A stretch of DNA of 64,000 nt from Eledone cirrhosa. Taxonomy: Eukaryota. The stretch lies in the NCBI GenBank assembly GCA_964016885.1, contig OZ024740.1, positions 245,644,001-245,708,000 of the forward strand, written 5' to 3'. Numbering within the stretch: the stretch's first letter is position 1; every line of letters begins with the position of its first letter. The notes under the pieces were generated by a model. It made no database searches. It saw only the letters and a program-made list of their open reading frames with translations, and was not told the DNA's origin. The position numbers were made by a program, and so were the translations under genes. Below are positions 1-44,285 of this stretch, piece by piece.

Positions 1-548
1 GACATCAACTGTCAGATCGGCAAAGGAGACACAGTTTTCCAGCGGATGTGCAAAGTCTGGTCATCTTCATGCATCAACACCAGGACCAAGCTGCCCCTGT
101 ACAAGAGTATCGTGTTGCCAACAGTGCTTTATGCGAGCGAAACCTGGAAGAGCACGACAAAGAGGGAGAGAGAGCTGAACGCATTCCACCAGCGGGGCCT
201 GCGAAGGATCCTTCGTGTGCCTTGGCACGACTGAGTGTGAAACAAGGAAATCTTGTGGAGAGCCGAGTCATGGACGCTGCAGAGGATGGTCACGGAGCGC
301 CGGTGCTGCCTGGCTGGCCATATTCTGCACCTGCCTGACGAACGACACTTGAAAGCAATGATGAACTGGACTCCACCTGCAGCAAACGGAAGCGGGGTTG
401 CCCCAGAATCACTTGCCGATAAACGTTCTGAAAAGACCTGATAGCAGCAAACATCACTTGGCACAGGCGCAAATAAGCCGCCGCTAATCATAACCTACAG
501 TCCAATGCACCGAACGGCACGTTAGAACCTAAGACTAAGACTAAGACT
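1..548 (+). mobile_element. RTE-clade LINE 3' fragment, decayed
   Basis: LYKSIVLPTVLYASETW...FHQRGLRRIL C-terminal RTE motifs with stops and frameshifts; (AAGACT)3 tail at 531-548. Confidence 0.8.
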
Positions 549-739
549 ATTCCCTGAATAACTATCAACATTTAATATCCATTTTTAACCCAATTCCTAT
601 TACTAATATACACATCAACCCATTTGATATTATCTTTAGTATATTTGACTGAAATCTAAATTTTAAAATATCTAACTTTTAATTTGTGAATTTTTTTATT
701 TTTGATCTATAATTTTATTTTCCAATGAGAATTTATATT

Positions 740-1290
740 AACATTAAGTTATATTCTCACTTTGAGTATATTCTCCAGCCATAAACGGAATTCTACTGGA
801 CACCGAAGCTAGCAATAAATAACAACTCGGTGGTTGAATTGAACTCTCTATGACCGTATCATGTTGGAAGCTGAGGTGGTGAGGGACTGGTGGCTGGTCA
901 GAATCACCTAGGGTATTATTAATTTGAGTGGTGGTTAAGTGGCCAATTTCTCCCACTTCTGCGTCTGCGCAGGGCTGTCCGGAAGTTCTGAAGCTCACAA
1001 GGGAATGGACAATCCCAGCAAAAACATAATAATTTTTTTAGTCCGTTCCCTTCTATCCAGCACTGCCTCAGAAACAACCTTTTACTCAATTTTGCTCTCT
1101 GATGAAATCACGATAATGGTTCAATAATCAAATAACTATGATTGTCATTGAAATATGTATCACGGCCTTAGTAATAAAGGACTCTTTAACATCTAGAACT
1201 TCGCATTTTCCTCATTCTAATTATACTCCGTCATCCTTATTTTGAAGAAGTAATATGAGTGTTTCATTTGAATTGCATTTATATCTACCG
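740..1290 (-). mobile_element. Highly decayed Penelope-like element 3' end (GIY-YIG remnant plus 3' UTR)
   Basis: Minus-strand translation with stops resembles the PLE endonuclease C-terminus (IRMTEY...SPL...LFDY.TIIVISSESKIE.KVVSEA). Confidence 0.4.
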
Positions 1291-1302
1291 TGTATATATA
1301 TC

Positions 1303-2640
1303 ATCATCATCATCATCGTTTAATGTCTATCTTCCACGCTACCATGGTTTAGACGGGAATTGTCCCACTTGAGGCAAGATTGGTTATCTCGCTCGTATGG
1401 GATTGTCTGGCAGATTTTCTACGGCTGGATGCCATTCCTAACACCAACCACGTTTACAGTGTGGACTGGGAGATTTTTACCGTGTTACCTACACGGCCAC
1501 ATTACAACGTGGACTGTGTGTTTTTTTGTTGTGACACCTACACGACCTCATTTATTTAGGACTGGATGTTGTGGTACCAACATAACTTTACAGAGAGAGG
1601 GTGGTGTTGATGGGGGTGGGGGAGTTGGGGGTAGTGGGAGAGGGGTGTATATTTGATTAAAAGGTGCCTACTGACTAGGTTTCGCTTTGTACTTAGGCAA
1701 GGCGGGTCATCTGTATTACTGCATGGCGCCAAAGATCTCGATCCAGTGACATTGTCTTAGAGAGGTGCAAGTGTGCAAGGTCGGAATTTATCATGTCGTC
1801 CCAGGTTTTTCTGGGTCTGCCTACTCCATAACTTCCGTCAATTTTGATCGCCCTGCAATTTTTTATACAGCTGTCGTCTTTCATGCACATCACGTGACCA
1901 TACCAATGTAGTCTTCTCTCAAGTAAACAACATATGATCCCTCTTATACCTAATTTCTCACTTAGTTCCTTTATGCCTTGCTGTTCACGTATATTACTAT
2001 TACACATCCAGCGGAGCATGCATGCTTCGTTCCTCTCCAGTCTGCACAGATCCTCTGCACACACTGCCCATGTCTCACTGCCATGTAACATAGATGTTTG
2101 TATACAAGCATCATACAGTCTGCCTTTCATTTTTAGAGAGAAACCTTTAGCGGCCAACAGCGGTATAAGCTCTCTGAACTTTTTCCATCCCGTTCTGACT
2201 CTGGCTACTGTACTTTCGGAGCAGCCTCCACCACTGCTGATTTTGTCACCCAGGTAACGGAAGGTGTCCACTATTTCTATAGAGCCATCTGGGCAATAGA
2301 AGGAGCTAGTATCCTGTGGGCGCTTGTTACTTATTGCACCTGAGCACCGGCCACATATAAAATCTACGTTCTTAGATAGCTCACCTGTGATCCCACTACA
2401 TCTTTTATGCACCCATACTTTGCATTTGGGACATAAAATGGAGTTTCTGCTTACTCCTTCCCTACACACTGAGCATGGCCATTTCCCAGAGGGGACCTGT
2501 GCCCTATTTTCCTTCCTACATACTATAACTTTAGTCTTAGACAAGTGTTAACTTTAAGGCCTTTTGATTCTAGTTCATGCTTCCATGTTTGGAATTTCTT
2601 CTCTAGTTCATCCATCGATTCAGCTATGAGCATTAGATCA

Positions 2641-2642
<2 letters not shown>
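1303..2642 (-). mobile_element. RTE LINE subfamily A, 5'-truncated (RT C-terminus with PHD finger, 3' UTR, (GAT)n tail)
   Basis: ORF 1693-2544: [50 protein letters not shown]. Confidence 0.92.
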
Positions 2643-2724
<82 letters not shown>

Positions 2725-3189
2725 AATAAAGTAAGGAGTGCGGGACTGCGTACAGTTTATAATTTTTTATCCTATTTGTAAAATAAGTTGGATTACTTTG
2801 AATAAATAATGAATGAATATTACATTGAATGAATATTACATATCTACTAAATTTCGTAGTTAAATTCCAATATATATATATATATCGACAGTCAATCGAC
2901 TTTCGTCAAATCAGGCCAAGGAAACAATGTTTCCATTGGTCTTTCCAATTGCTAATACTATCTATCGGTTGCAACTCCAGGTAGAAGGAGCAACGTGAAA
3001 TAAAGTGCCTTGCCCAAGGAATCGAACTCACAACCTCAAGATTGAGGATCCAATTCTCTAACCACTCAGCCCGCGTTTCCTTGCCTCCTGGCATAGACGG
3101 CCATATTCTATGCTTGCATGGATTAGATGGGCTGTCTATACCAGGAGGCAAGTCTCCAATAAGGACTGTAAATTTAACCAGGTATTTTA

Positions 3190-3880
3190 CAGCTGGATGG
3201 CACTGCTATGAGGAGGGACAGGTGCTGAACTACAGTTTAGGAACCTGGTGCTGGGTGGCACCACTATGCAGAGGGACAGGCCAGTTGGCCTCGCCAAACC
3301 CTTTACACAGTAGCACTCCAGTTTCGAAGTCAGGCACTCTCCATGCGACAAACACTTCTCAATATGAAACCGCATTTTGGGAGCCTTGGACTGGATGATA
3401 CCGCTATGAGGAGGGACAGACCAGGTGGCTGCACTGAACCCTTCACACAGCAGAATTTCAGTTCAAGTATTGGATGCCGTATGACTCCACTATGAGGAGG
3501 GACAGGCCAGTTGGCTGTTCCACACCCATCTCACAGCGGAACCACAGTTTTGTAGCCCAGCACTTGATGACATCACTTTGCAGGACAGGGCAATTGGCCA
3601 CACTGAACCCTTCTCACAGCGGCACCCCAGTTTTGGAGCCAGGCACTATCCATGTGACAAACCCTTCTCAATGCGAAACCACATTTTGGGAGCCTGGGTC
3701 TGGATAGCACAGCTATGTGGAGGGTCAGACAAGTTAATTGCGCTGACCCTTCACACAGTGGATTCTCAGTTCAGCTGTGGGATACCACATGAGTCCCCTT
3801 CTCATAGCGGCACCCTAGTTTCGAAGCCAAGCACTCTCCCCATGACGAACCCTTCTCAATACAAAATCACATTTTACTTC
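3190..3880. repeat. Diverged composite tandem repeat (~80-140 bp modules)
   Basis: Recurrent blocks CTGGATG..CTATG(A/C)GGAGGGACAGG, CTGAACCCTTC(A/T)CACAG and AACCCTTCTCAAT..GAAACC.CATTTT, repeated 3-6 times. Confidence 0.65.
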
Positions 3881-4007
3881 TTGAGTCCCACACTGGATGA
3901 TCATGATGAATCCTTCATGGGCCTGTTTTCCCACTACATCTCTTGTGTACCCACTGTCTGCATTTGGGACACTGGACAGAGTTTCTACCTACCCCTTTCC
4001 AGCATAC

Positions 4008-5198
4008 CGGCTAAGAGGGTCAAGTCATCAGCATATAGTAGTTCCCATGGGCAACCAGTCTTAAATTCCTCTGTTATAGCCTGTAGGACAATAATGAAGA
4101 AGAGGGGGCTAAGGACGTACCCTAGTGAACCTCCTCCTGTACGCTGAATTCCTCACTGTATTCATGGTTGAGTTTACCTTTGTTGGTGGCCCTTTTGTAC
4201 ATGGCTTTTTACTGCTCTCATGAGTCACTCATCTACACCTTGTTTTCTGAGAGCCCATCATATTATAGGTTGAGGGACACCGCCAAAAGCTTTCCCTAGC
4301 CCCACAAATGCCATGTGGTACTTCTGCATTTGCCTCAAAAGGAAGAGTGCGACGGTGGTGCTTTTTCCTGGCTCAACTCCAAACTGCATCTCATCTAGGT
4401 GTATACGATCTCTAATCAGTTGTGCGATGACTCTTTCTGTAACTTTCATGACCTCGTCAGTCAGCTTTATGCCTCTTGTAGCAATTGATGATGCTGCTAT
4501 TCCAATCACTGGGAATAACATCATTCTGTATTACTTGGTTTACAATAAAGATGGTTAGGGATGTGCCCAACAGTCCCAGATGCTTTCAACATCTCAGAAA
4601 CTACACCTGATGGCTCGGCTGCTTTACCTGTCTTCATGTTCTTAATTGCCTTACTTACTGGGTTGCTGCATATGTGTACAGCTGGACCTTCTATCGGGTG
4701 TGCTTAGGGCAGGCTCTTTACCTCCCAAGCATTTTCCACGTTCATCAGCTTCTCATAGTGGCATTTCCAAGCAGCTTTCTTCTCAGTGTTGGTGAGGGCA
4801 GGTGAGCCATTCTTGTTACAAATGCATTTCTCCCCAATAACATCTCAGCGTTTCTTGACACTGTAGCAGTAGCCTCCCTTGTTGTGACTCACAACCCCAA
4901 TAGATTAACAACATCTAGACGGGAAGTAGAACCCTTTCTGTAACTTCCGGTCAGAACCCTATAAAACTAACAACTTTAAGTTCTCACTCTCTCATTTGCC
5001 CTTCCGGCGCCTGGCCTTCGCCAGACGTCTTGCGTTTGCCTGGCAATCAAAACGGTAACTACTAACTTTGCTTCATTCTATCATCTATTTCTTTGACATG
5101 TCAACTATACTGTTCTATATATATCCATGATTGTTAATTAAATATTACACACCAGTATCATCGCTATAACACATTGCCTTGCAATCCTGAACACCTCA
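4008..5198 (-). mobile_element. Decayed RTE LINE RT fragment interrupted by a solo LTR
   Basis: VMKVTERVIAQLIRDRIHLDEMQFG and ELLYADDL motifs; sequence resumes after 5168. Confidence 0.88.
4862..5168. mobile_element. Solo LTR with 4-bp TSD (ACAC)
   Basis: Termini TGTAGC...GCTATA (near-inverted); ACAC duplicated at 4858-4861 and 5169-5172; splits the RTE motif GACACATTGCC; internal TATAAAA and ATTAAA. Confidence 0.75.
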
Positions 5199-6639
5199 TA
5201 TATATATATATATAATTGTGCACCAAATTGTGCACCAAGGCTGTAAATCTATATCTATATATAATATAAAAGAAAGATGTTTATTGGTTGGTTGAATCAC
5301 ACGAAAACTACACACACACACAAATACATACACACACATCTAAAGAGAGAGACACACAGAGGGAGAGGCAGAAAGAGAGAGATAGGCCGTTATACAGAGA
5401 GAGATAGAATTAAAGTGTTAGATATTCAGAGAGAGAGAGTGTGAGACGTCCCACAGAAGTATCAGTTGAAGGTTTAACAATATTGCGTTAGCTTTTATAA
5501 AGTAGTTTTAGTCTTTGATTTTATTGAACAAAGAAAAATTGATACTGTTTGAAATTAATCTACCCTCCAGCTTATCCATATACTATTTACAGTTTGTACT
5601 AATGAAGCAACACTTCAGAAGCAATGTTATGTACTATATTGCTGTGTTTCAGATGACATTCTTTGTATTTATGTATTTATTTATACAGTGTATAAATAAA
5701 TACACACTTTTATGTATATCTTTACACACAAAAAATGAAAGGACGGTCTGACTTGAGTTTAGTCTCAAATTAAGGTCTTACTCGGAGACTGGGTAAACTT
5801 ATCCTTTTGTTAAATGTAAAATCCAACAGTAATCTTAACCTTTAAAACTTAACCGATAAACATTTCCCCTCAAACCATAAATATGGAAAATTATCTCATA
5901 AGAATAACCTTAAATGCAGTTAGAGTTTTACCACTAAAGCCAAGAACATTATAACGTATAGCCAGCCAAATCAACTAAGGCTAATTCTACATGTAACATT
6001 ATTACCATACTCCCAATGCAATTGTATATAATACGAAAGTCAACTCCACTAAGCCAGACCTTGAAGTATTACACTAAAACTTACATAAGTATGAGACATT
6101 AAAGAGAGAAATGTGACGAAGTCTCTATTTATATCTGGCAACTGAATGAAAATGAGACTGAATATAATTTCAAGTGAACATGAATTAAGAGATGGAAACT
6201 ATACAAAAATAGGAACAGAAGATGTGATCTTTGAACAGTCGAAAAGAAACTCATTTAAAAAATCTTTGGAATCTAGCTATCCCACTAAACATATCTTGAA
6301 ATTTTGATATATGCAAATTTTTATCTCTGCCTGACTAAATACACTCTCTATACACTTAGACTTATCATTTAATGTATTAGCATACAGAATACATGCATTC
6401 ATATAGATATGCGTTTATACGGATATATAATCTATTATCAAACAATCACATATACAGTAACTTTCCTAATCTTTTTATATTCTTTTCATTTCATCCTATA
6501 TTTTTCAATTTTCTTTTCAATTAAATTTTTTTAATTTACTATTTTTCTTATCATATAAATAATAGGACATTTATGAATTTTGAAAATTTCCCAAATTGTC
6601 TGACATGCTTAATTGCTAACTTAATTAATCCATATATTC

Positions 6640-9600
6640 TGTGGTTTGGAAGCAAACAGACATACTTTGCATCTTCGATTTAATCCAGACTGAATTGCCC
6701 ACTGTCCATGTGACTTATGCCTGACTGAGGATGACAGAACCTCTCTCGCTCACTTTCGTAAACATGTCCACACTGGGCCACAACCTGACAAAAAAGAGGT
6801 AATGAATAGATGTCCGAACCCTGGTGTGACATCATTTGTCCTTTACTTCCAGTAATATGTCCCCTAACTTACAACAGTCCCTTTCCAGCAGCTCCACATG
6901 CCCCCACCCCTGATCTTAAGGATCAATCAGCCCAACATATTACTCCATGTCTAAATCCATCATCCAGCTGGATGGATGGCATTCCATCTGCAATCTCCGT
7001 AGAGTTGGGACGGCGCTTTCGTTCTCTTTGAAGTCTGTCAAATAAACGATTCTACAGATGTCCAAGATGTGATGTGGCATTCCGTCCACAGACACGTTGT
7101 TTGGGAATTTACAGCTGTTCCCTTTCCCTTTCCCCATTGAGATGTGCAACGCGCATTCCGGGGCTTGACCCAGACCTCTTTGCCCACTTGTACAAATGCG
7201 TTCTCTCTCTCCACCGGCTGTTGTGGTACTGTGCACAGATGTTGCCATTCGTATCTGTATATCGCCTTATGTGGCACCGACTCTTTGGCCTGTCCCACCC
7301 AAGAAGACATGTTGTACCAGAACACCATCTCTATTGGTGAAATCTGGCCCCTTTCCACCATGGCCTTAATCATGTGATAGTGTCTCTCAATGACCCCCAT
7401 TTCTGCTCGAACTGTACACCACTCTGAAGAAGCAGCTCACATTCCACTCATCAAGCATCGTTTTCAGCAGCTCTGAGTGAAACCCTGTACTGTTGTTATC
7501 CATCAACAGTTCACCCACAGGGCCCCGCTCCAACAATATCTCTCTTAGTATTTGCGAGCTTTCCTCCACCGTCTCTGTCTTCATCTCCCTCCATATTGCC
7601 ATCCGTCCTGGCCCATAATCGACCATTGAGAGATACATCCCTTGTCAGTTGTATGTCACATCCACCGCCAATCGCTTCCAGTTGTGCTCCACAGGGATGC
7701 TACCTGTCTCTTGCATGCCCGGGCCAGGGTTAATTCACTGGCATCGGTTGTAACTCCTCAGTCTGTCTGCTAATGCTGGAGTCGATTTTTCTGGCTAGGA
7801 GCAGAGTCCTCTCCACTCCCATATGAAGCATCATATGCAACCTCATCAACCTTCAGTCACTCAGTGGACACGCTGCAGCTATTCCATTTTCCACATTTTC
7901 TGGTGCTTCCAGTCAGGCTTTCTTCACCCAGGTTAAAAAGTCTTTAAAAAAGACTTGGTTAAAAGATAATTTTTTAACCCTGGTTAAAAAGTAATTTTTC
8001 TCCAAGGGTACAAAGACCACACTCAACTTTAGGCTGAACTCAGCAGCCAGCTCTCCCAGAGTTCCCAGGTGGCACTTTATTAACATGTCTGCTGCCCCTC
8101 TCGTTCACACCCTCTTCTTACTGGTGAGCACTGATCTCACTCATCTGAGTAAAGTGGTTGAATCAATACTCTATGGTACACAGCTCCCATCTCAAGATGA
8201 GATTCACTCCTCTCAGAATGGCGTCCAGTCCAGTTCGACCATGTTGATGTGGTTGCAGTCCTTCTTCTTGAGCCAGGCTGTGTCCTTGACTATAACATCC
8301 CCTATTTCCAGAGTGATCCCTAGCGCTATGTTCGAAGCCATCCTGCAATTAGATAGTGGCCCATCAATTTCCCACACAATGTCCATACCAATGCCCAATT
8401 CTGGGATTTCATTTCCTCCCAAATACCAGTGTGCCCACATCGCCTCTTTGCAGCTTGAGTCTCAGTGTGGCTCCTCCCTCTATCACCTTTGGCGGTTTTG
8501 CGGTTAACCCGAACCTTCCTAAGTGGCTTGAGACCTCTGCTGCTGACACCACTGTCTCATCTACGAAGATATCATTGATATAGGAGTTGGTGGCCCTCTT
8601 CACCGTGTCTTCTTTCCCCAGAATGGCCTTGTGAACCATCACCATGATCTTTTGTCCAGAGTTCAACCCGAAACCAAGCCTGGTCAGGCAGTATATCCGG
8701 CCCTTATACCTGACCAGCTGATACTTCCATAGCTTCTCATCTATGTGTAGCTGCAGATATGTTAACTTTAAGTCGACAGTCGTGGAGGCCCTCATCATTT
8801 GTTTCCACTCTCGCAAGGTTTCCCTGCAAATATCCGTGACCTGACCGCCTGTGTGGCATGACACGTGTTCATTCAGTTCACGAAAGTCCAGCACCGGTCT
8901 GTCCTTGTTCTTCATTGGTTGCACTATTGCTATTAACAGCAACACTCCACTCTTTCTCTCCTCCTTCCAAGGATCAATATGCCCTCCTCAATCCATTTTT
9001 GCACCTCTCCCTTAAATTTGCTTCTGGCATTATCTTTTAGGGTATGCTGATAGCAGCTCACACCATTCTTCAGCGTTTGGGGGTTCTCCTTTCCAATACC
9101 TCTCAATTATCCACTGTTGCCCATCAAATACAGCCCTGAAACCCTTGTGCTGTATGATGGGAACAGCACATTTTTCTTTGTGGATCTCCTTGTTCTCCTG
9201 TTGCACACCCACGGTGCATAGTGTACCCGCACTACTAAACGTTACCCCAAACTCACTGTAATGCCTCCTAACCAGTTAATCACATCCATGCCCATTACCA
9301 CATTGATTCTGTCCACCACAGGTCAATCACGATTGTCCACAGCCTTATTTTCCTTCCTTGTACCGCCATCTCCACCTCACTGCTACCTCTGCATCTAATC
9401 TCCCTACCATCGACTACCCTCACACTACTCATCCCACTCCACTTTTTAACCACTTCCAGGGTCAGTAATGTTGTTGTGCAGGCCATGTCCACGAGGGCTT
9501 ATGATGGCTTCCACCCCACCAGAACTTTCACTATGGGAAGTGACTTCAAGAGAGCCTCTACTCGCTTCCAGGGGCGGCTACTGGCACAGTAACTCCCCTT

Positions 9601-10611
9601 GGACTGCTTCCCTGGTCACAATCGTTCGCAATGTGGCCTGCCCGCTTGCATCAGTAGCAAATTATATCTGGCTTTGGCTCTCTGCAGTCACTTGTCACAT
9701 GCAGACTCTGACATATGAAGCACTGGCCTCTGAACGCCCATGGCCAAAGTGTTCACACTGGCTCTTCTCCCTTCATCTTTCATTAATCGCTGTTGCTGCT
9801 GGTGTTGTAACATTCCGCTCAGCCCCTGTGCGATTAGCTCACTCATGCTCATTTTTCTGTTGCCCAGCAACTGTTGGAGCCTCACCGAAATCTCATCAGG
9901 GAATCCATTCACAAATGCCATCTGCACAACCCTTTCAAGGTTTTCCCATCAACTCGGCTAGCATAGTCAACTGCCATATTTCTGCTGCAGATATGTCCAC
10001 CTGTTCTCCCATCCATCTCACTTTGCCTAGCTTGGCGAAAGCAGTATAAGACCCCTCAGTGAATGCTTCCTTAAGACATTCTATTTTCTCCACGTTCAGT
10101 TGGTCTGACTCATCCATTTTGAGGTATAAAGCCATCAAGATAGAGAGCCATTAGGCCAGCCACGTTTTCGATGCCTTGCAGTGTGGCGACCAATTTGATC
10201 TTTCTCATCCGCTGAAGACTTTGATTGCTTCGCTACTCATTCTCATTTTTGCTGCCACTATATCACCTGCAAGATCATAGAAAGTAAATAATAACGGCAA
10301 GTTATGCCGGGAGTAGGAAGAGCACCAAAATTAGCTTGTGATGGGAAGCGAATGGACCTACCTTGTGTTTTTCCACTTTAATCCAGGCTGAATCATCCAC
10401 TGTTCATTACCCCAATGTCCATGTGACTTATGTCCGACTGAGAATGACAGAACCTCTCTCGCTCACTTTCATGAAGATGTCCACACTGGGTCACAACCTG
10501 ACGAAAAAGAGGCAATGAATAGGCACCTGAATACTGATGTGATGTCACTTGTCCTTCACTTCTGGTAAGACATCTCCCAACTTCCAGAAATCCCTTTCCA
10601 GCAGCTCCACA
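6640..10611 (-). mobile_element. Complete but decayed Gypsy-type LTR retrotransposon (~4.0 kb)
   Basis: LTRs 6640-6898 and 10337-10611 (TG...CA); TSD TATTC at 6635-6639 and 10612-10616; polypurine tract GGGGTGGGGGCA; order gag (Zn knuckle), PR (ALVDMAC), RT (PVLDFRELN, YINDI), RNase H, integrase (LLMDN, GVIER); many stops and frameshifts. Confidence 0.9.
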
Positions 10612-11611
10612 TATTCTATAAGAATTTGTCCTAATTTATTATATATTTCAATCTTCTTACTTATTGAATACTTTATTTGTTGTTCATGTAACCAACCTTT
10701 ATACATGAAAAGAAATATATTTATCAAGTAATCTGAAAATGTGTTGTTGTTAGACGACTTTTATGAGGAAATTTTTGGGGTAATTTAAATGACAAGGAAT
10801 CCATTTCTATCATGCCACAATTTTTCTGGTATGAAAAAGCAAGAACTGAAATCAGAATACACAGTGCCGGAACAGATATAGCCTTAACAATTCCCCCATC
10901 CATTGCTCTGAGCTGGTATTTTATTTATTGACCTTGAAATGTTGACAAACAAAGTTGACTTTGACGAAATTCAAACTCAGAGCTCCATGAGCTGAAATAA
11001 ATACCCCAAGTTTTTTAGTCCAATGCTCCAACGTCTCCATTTACTACTAGAAGAAAGTAAACGAACAGAAAAAATATTTTAAATCTTATCAAAACATAAT
11101 TAGTTTAAGATAACTACTGATCTTTTGTGAACTGTATTGTTGCTGTATTTATAGGCACAAAGATTTAATAGTTTAATTGATAAGCAATCAGTTTTCATTT
11201 TATCAATATGGAATGACGAAGTTTGATAGTGGTACAGGTGTCGATGGTATTAATAGAAGGAGGGTGATTCAATTATGACATTATGTTTCAGTGTAACTTT
11301 AGCTTCATTTTGACGATTTAGTCACATGACGATAGAGGTGTAAAAAAGAAAAGGCAGAGAGATAATTACACAACTTACAAACAGGGAGAAACAAGAGACA
11401 CAGAAGGAAAAGTTGAAGAGAAGAATGTAGAAAATAAGTAGAGTGATAGACAAATGGGGATTGAGTGTGTGAATAAACATTATTCACTATTAACTGTCAT
11501 ATTTTTATCATTTGCTATTGTTTTACCCTCTGTTGATTTTTTTTAATGTAAAGGTATCTGGCAGAGTAACTTTCCAAAGACAATTCAAATACGATCTAAG
11601 AAAATTAGATA

Positions 11612-41667
<30,056 letters not shown>

Positions 41668-43619
41668 ATTAAGTTTTAATTTAAGAACTTGCTATTATTT
41701 AAGCCTAGAAGAGTTGCTGACACTTTATGATATGCAAATTGTGTTCAAAACTCTTGCCAGGTAGTAACAATGGAAAAATTGTACAGTTACTCTCACTAAA
41801 GTATTAACTCATGATAAAAAGAAATATCCCACTACTTGCCTAGCCAAACCTACCATGACAAAGTTATTCAAGTCTCCAAACATACAGATTTTACAGCAAT
41901 CTTCGAGCCCTAGAATAGTTTTTTTTTCTTCTTTCATGTGGTAGGTTCCTGTTCTAAATATTACAGCACTGAATCCTGCTAGAAAAACTATCACCAAAGT
42001 CTTCTCATCAAATATTAACTTACAAAACCACATTGGCTTATATTGATCTCCTTTGAATTAGCATAAGAATAATTTCAGGATGAAGAGGCGACAGAGAATT
42101 GAATAAAACCCGGTATATTACTAGTACTTATTAGAACTGGATGAATGAAAGGCAAAGTAAATCGTAACACAATTTGAATTTTAACAATATGAGGCAGATT
42201 TAATACCACAATCTGGTGCATTTGGTGAATCTACTTTGTTGCAAGCATCCAGATAATGTTTTCAATTTGAAAATAATTCATCCACTCATATCGGCTTCTT
42301 AAGCTCTGAGAAGGGTTATGCTCTGACAAAACCATTCAAAATAATACTTAAATACTACAAGATATTTAGTTCAATACTCAACTTTTACCTTCTTTCTGAT
42401 AAACATTTTTTAATTATCATCATTAGTATCATCACAGTTGTTATCATTATCATTATTGTTGTTAAAGGGCGGTGGATTGGCAGAATCAGTAGAGGGTCGG
42501 ACACCATGCTTTGCAGCATAGAGTTACGGCCCTTTATGATCTGAGTTCAAATCTCGCCGAGGTTAATTTTGCATTTCATCCTTGCGAGGTCGATAAAATA
42601 AAGCACCAGTCACGCACTGGGGTTGATTTAATCGACTTTCCCCTCCCCCAAAATTGCTGGCCTTGTGTCTATATAAGAAACCATTATTATTGTTGTTAAT
42701 GTTTAATCCCTTTTGCACCTCTGTGAACACAATACCATAATTAATAGTCTATCAAATATTTTCCCTGTTCTCAAAGACTGAAGCATCCTTCATGTTTCTT
42801 GAAATCTCTTTTTTCCTCCGAATGTTATCCATCTCTAGCTGACATCTGGATTTCCAAGGCAGTTTTTCCATTTTTGGTTGTCTTACTCATAGACAATATC
42901 TCCAAATATGACTAACTTGTGTTCCAGGGTGCTCTTTCCTATGAGCATATTCAATTCCTGGACCCCCTCTGTAAAATTGAATTGATAGCAGCCTGTCAGA
43001 TGAAGGAGTCCTGTGAGGTGTAGTGGCTGTTGCACCATGTGTCACTGGCCATTGTCCATGGAAATGCCTTTGCCATTTTGTCAATGGGGTGCAGCCAAAA
43101 CAATGCTCTGACTTAGGTGTAGAGTCTGTCATGTTCTCCCCATTCCCCCTTTCTTTCTTCCTTGCTCTTCGCCTATGGCATTTATAGTCCTTTCCAATGC
43201 TGCTCTCTTTTTTTCTAGACTATTTTCCAGCCCAGCATCTCCCATATAAAGTTTCCATCTAATGAAATCTTACAATTAGAAATTTTGACTGTTAACCAGT
43301 GCTAATATATCTAATGACCCTCTTTCGTCATGAGTGACCGGGGATTTTCACCTAGAAAGTTGCCCTCCGGAAATGGTTGTTTGTGGAAAACTAGCAGTCA
43401 TCCATGCATACCAAGTCTCCCTTCTCTACGCCACTGATGTTGTCCAAGGGAAAGGCTAAGGCCGATACAGCTTGGCACCAGTGATGTCCACAACCCATTT
43501 CTAAAGCAACGTGAAATAAAGTATCTTGATCAAGAACACAACACACAGCCCAGTTCAGGGATCGAACTCACAACTTCACGATTGTAAGCCCAATGCTCTA
43601 ACCACTAAACCATGCGTTG

Positions 43620-44285
43620 AGTACTGCATGGCTGGAATGAAAATCAGTGCTGTGTAAACTGAGACTCTCGTCCTCTCAAGGAAGCCTGCACAGTGCACTG
43701 TACATGTGAAAGGAGTTCCAGTGAAGCAGGTAGAGAAGTTCAAGTATCTTGGGGCTGTGTTTACGAGTGATGTAAGGTAGGAGGCTGAATGAAGTGCAAG
43801 AATTGCAGGAGCTGGTGCAATAAATCCCCAGCTTCAGCATTTAGTAATCAGAAGGGAGGTAGGCGAAAAAGCCAAGCTCACTATCCTCAATTCAGTATAC
43901 ATGAATCTTGTGTAATAACCAAAAGAATATGATCGTGAATACAAGCGGCCAAAACGGGGTTCCTTTGAAGGGTCTTTGGAGTAATATAGTGCATAGTTTG
44001 GAGATCAAAGAGCCATTCTAGGTAGAGCTGCTACGTCTCCGAATTGAGAGATCACAGCTCTGATATTATGGGCATGTGGTTAGAATGTCTCTGGAAAGAA
44101 TCACTGGACATATTTTACAGGCAAAACCAACCGGCAGGAGACTCAGGCATAAACCCTGAGTAAGATAGTTGGATAACATCCATGAGCTTGGCTGGTCTTG
44201 CTTGGGTATCCAGCTGGATCAGTTGGAGATGGTTGCTTCTGACAAGACCTACCACCTCAAGAATAAGTGGGCGAAGAAGAAGAAT
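43620..44285 (+). mobile_element. Decayed RTE-like LINE 3' fragment (no PHD insert)
   Basis: GMKIS..VKQVEKFKYLG and IERSQL.YYGHVVRM motifs with stops. Confidence 0.7.
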
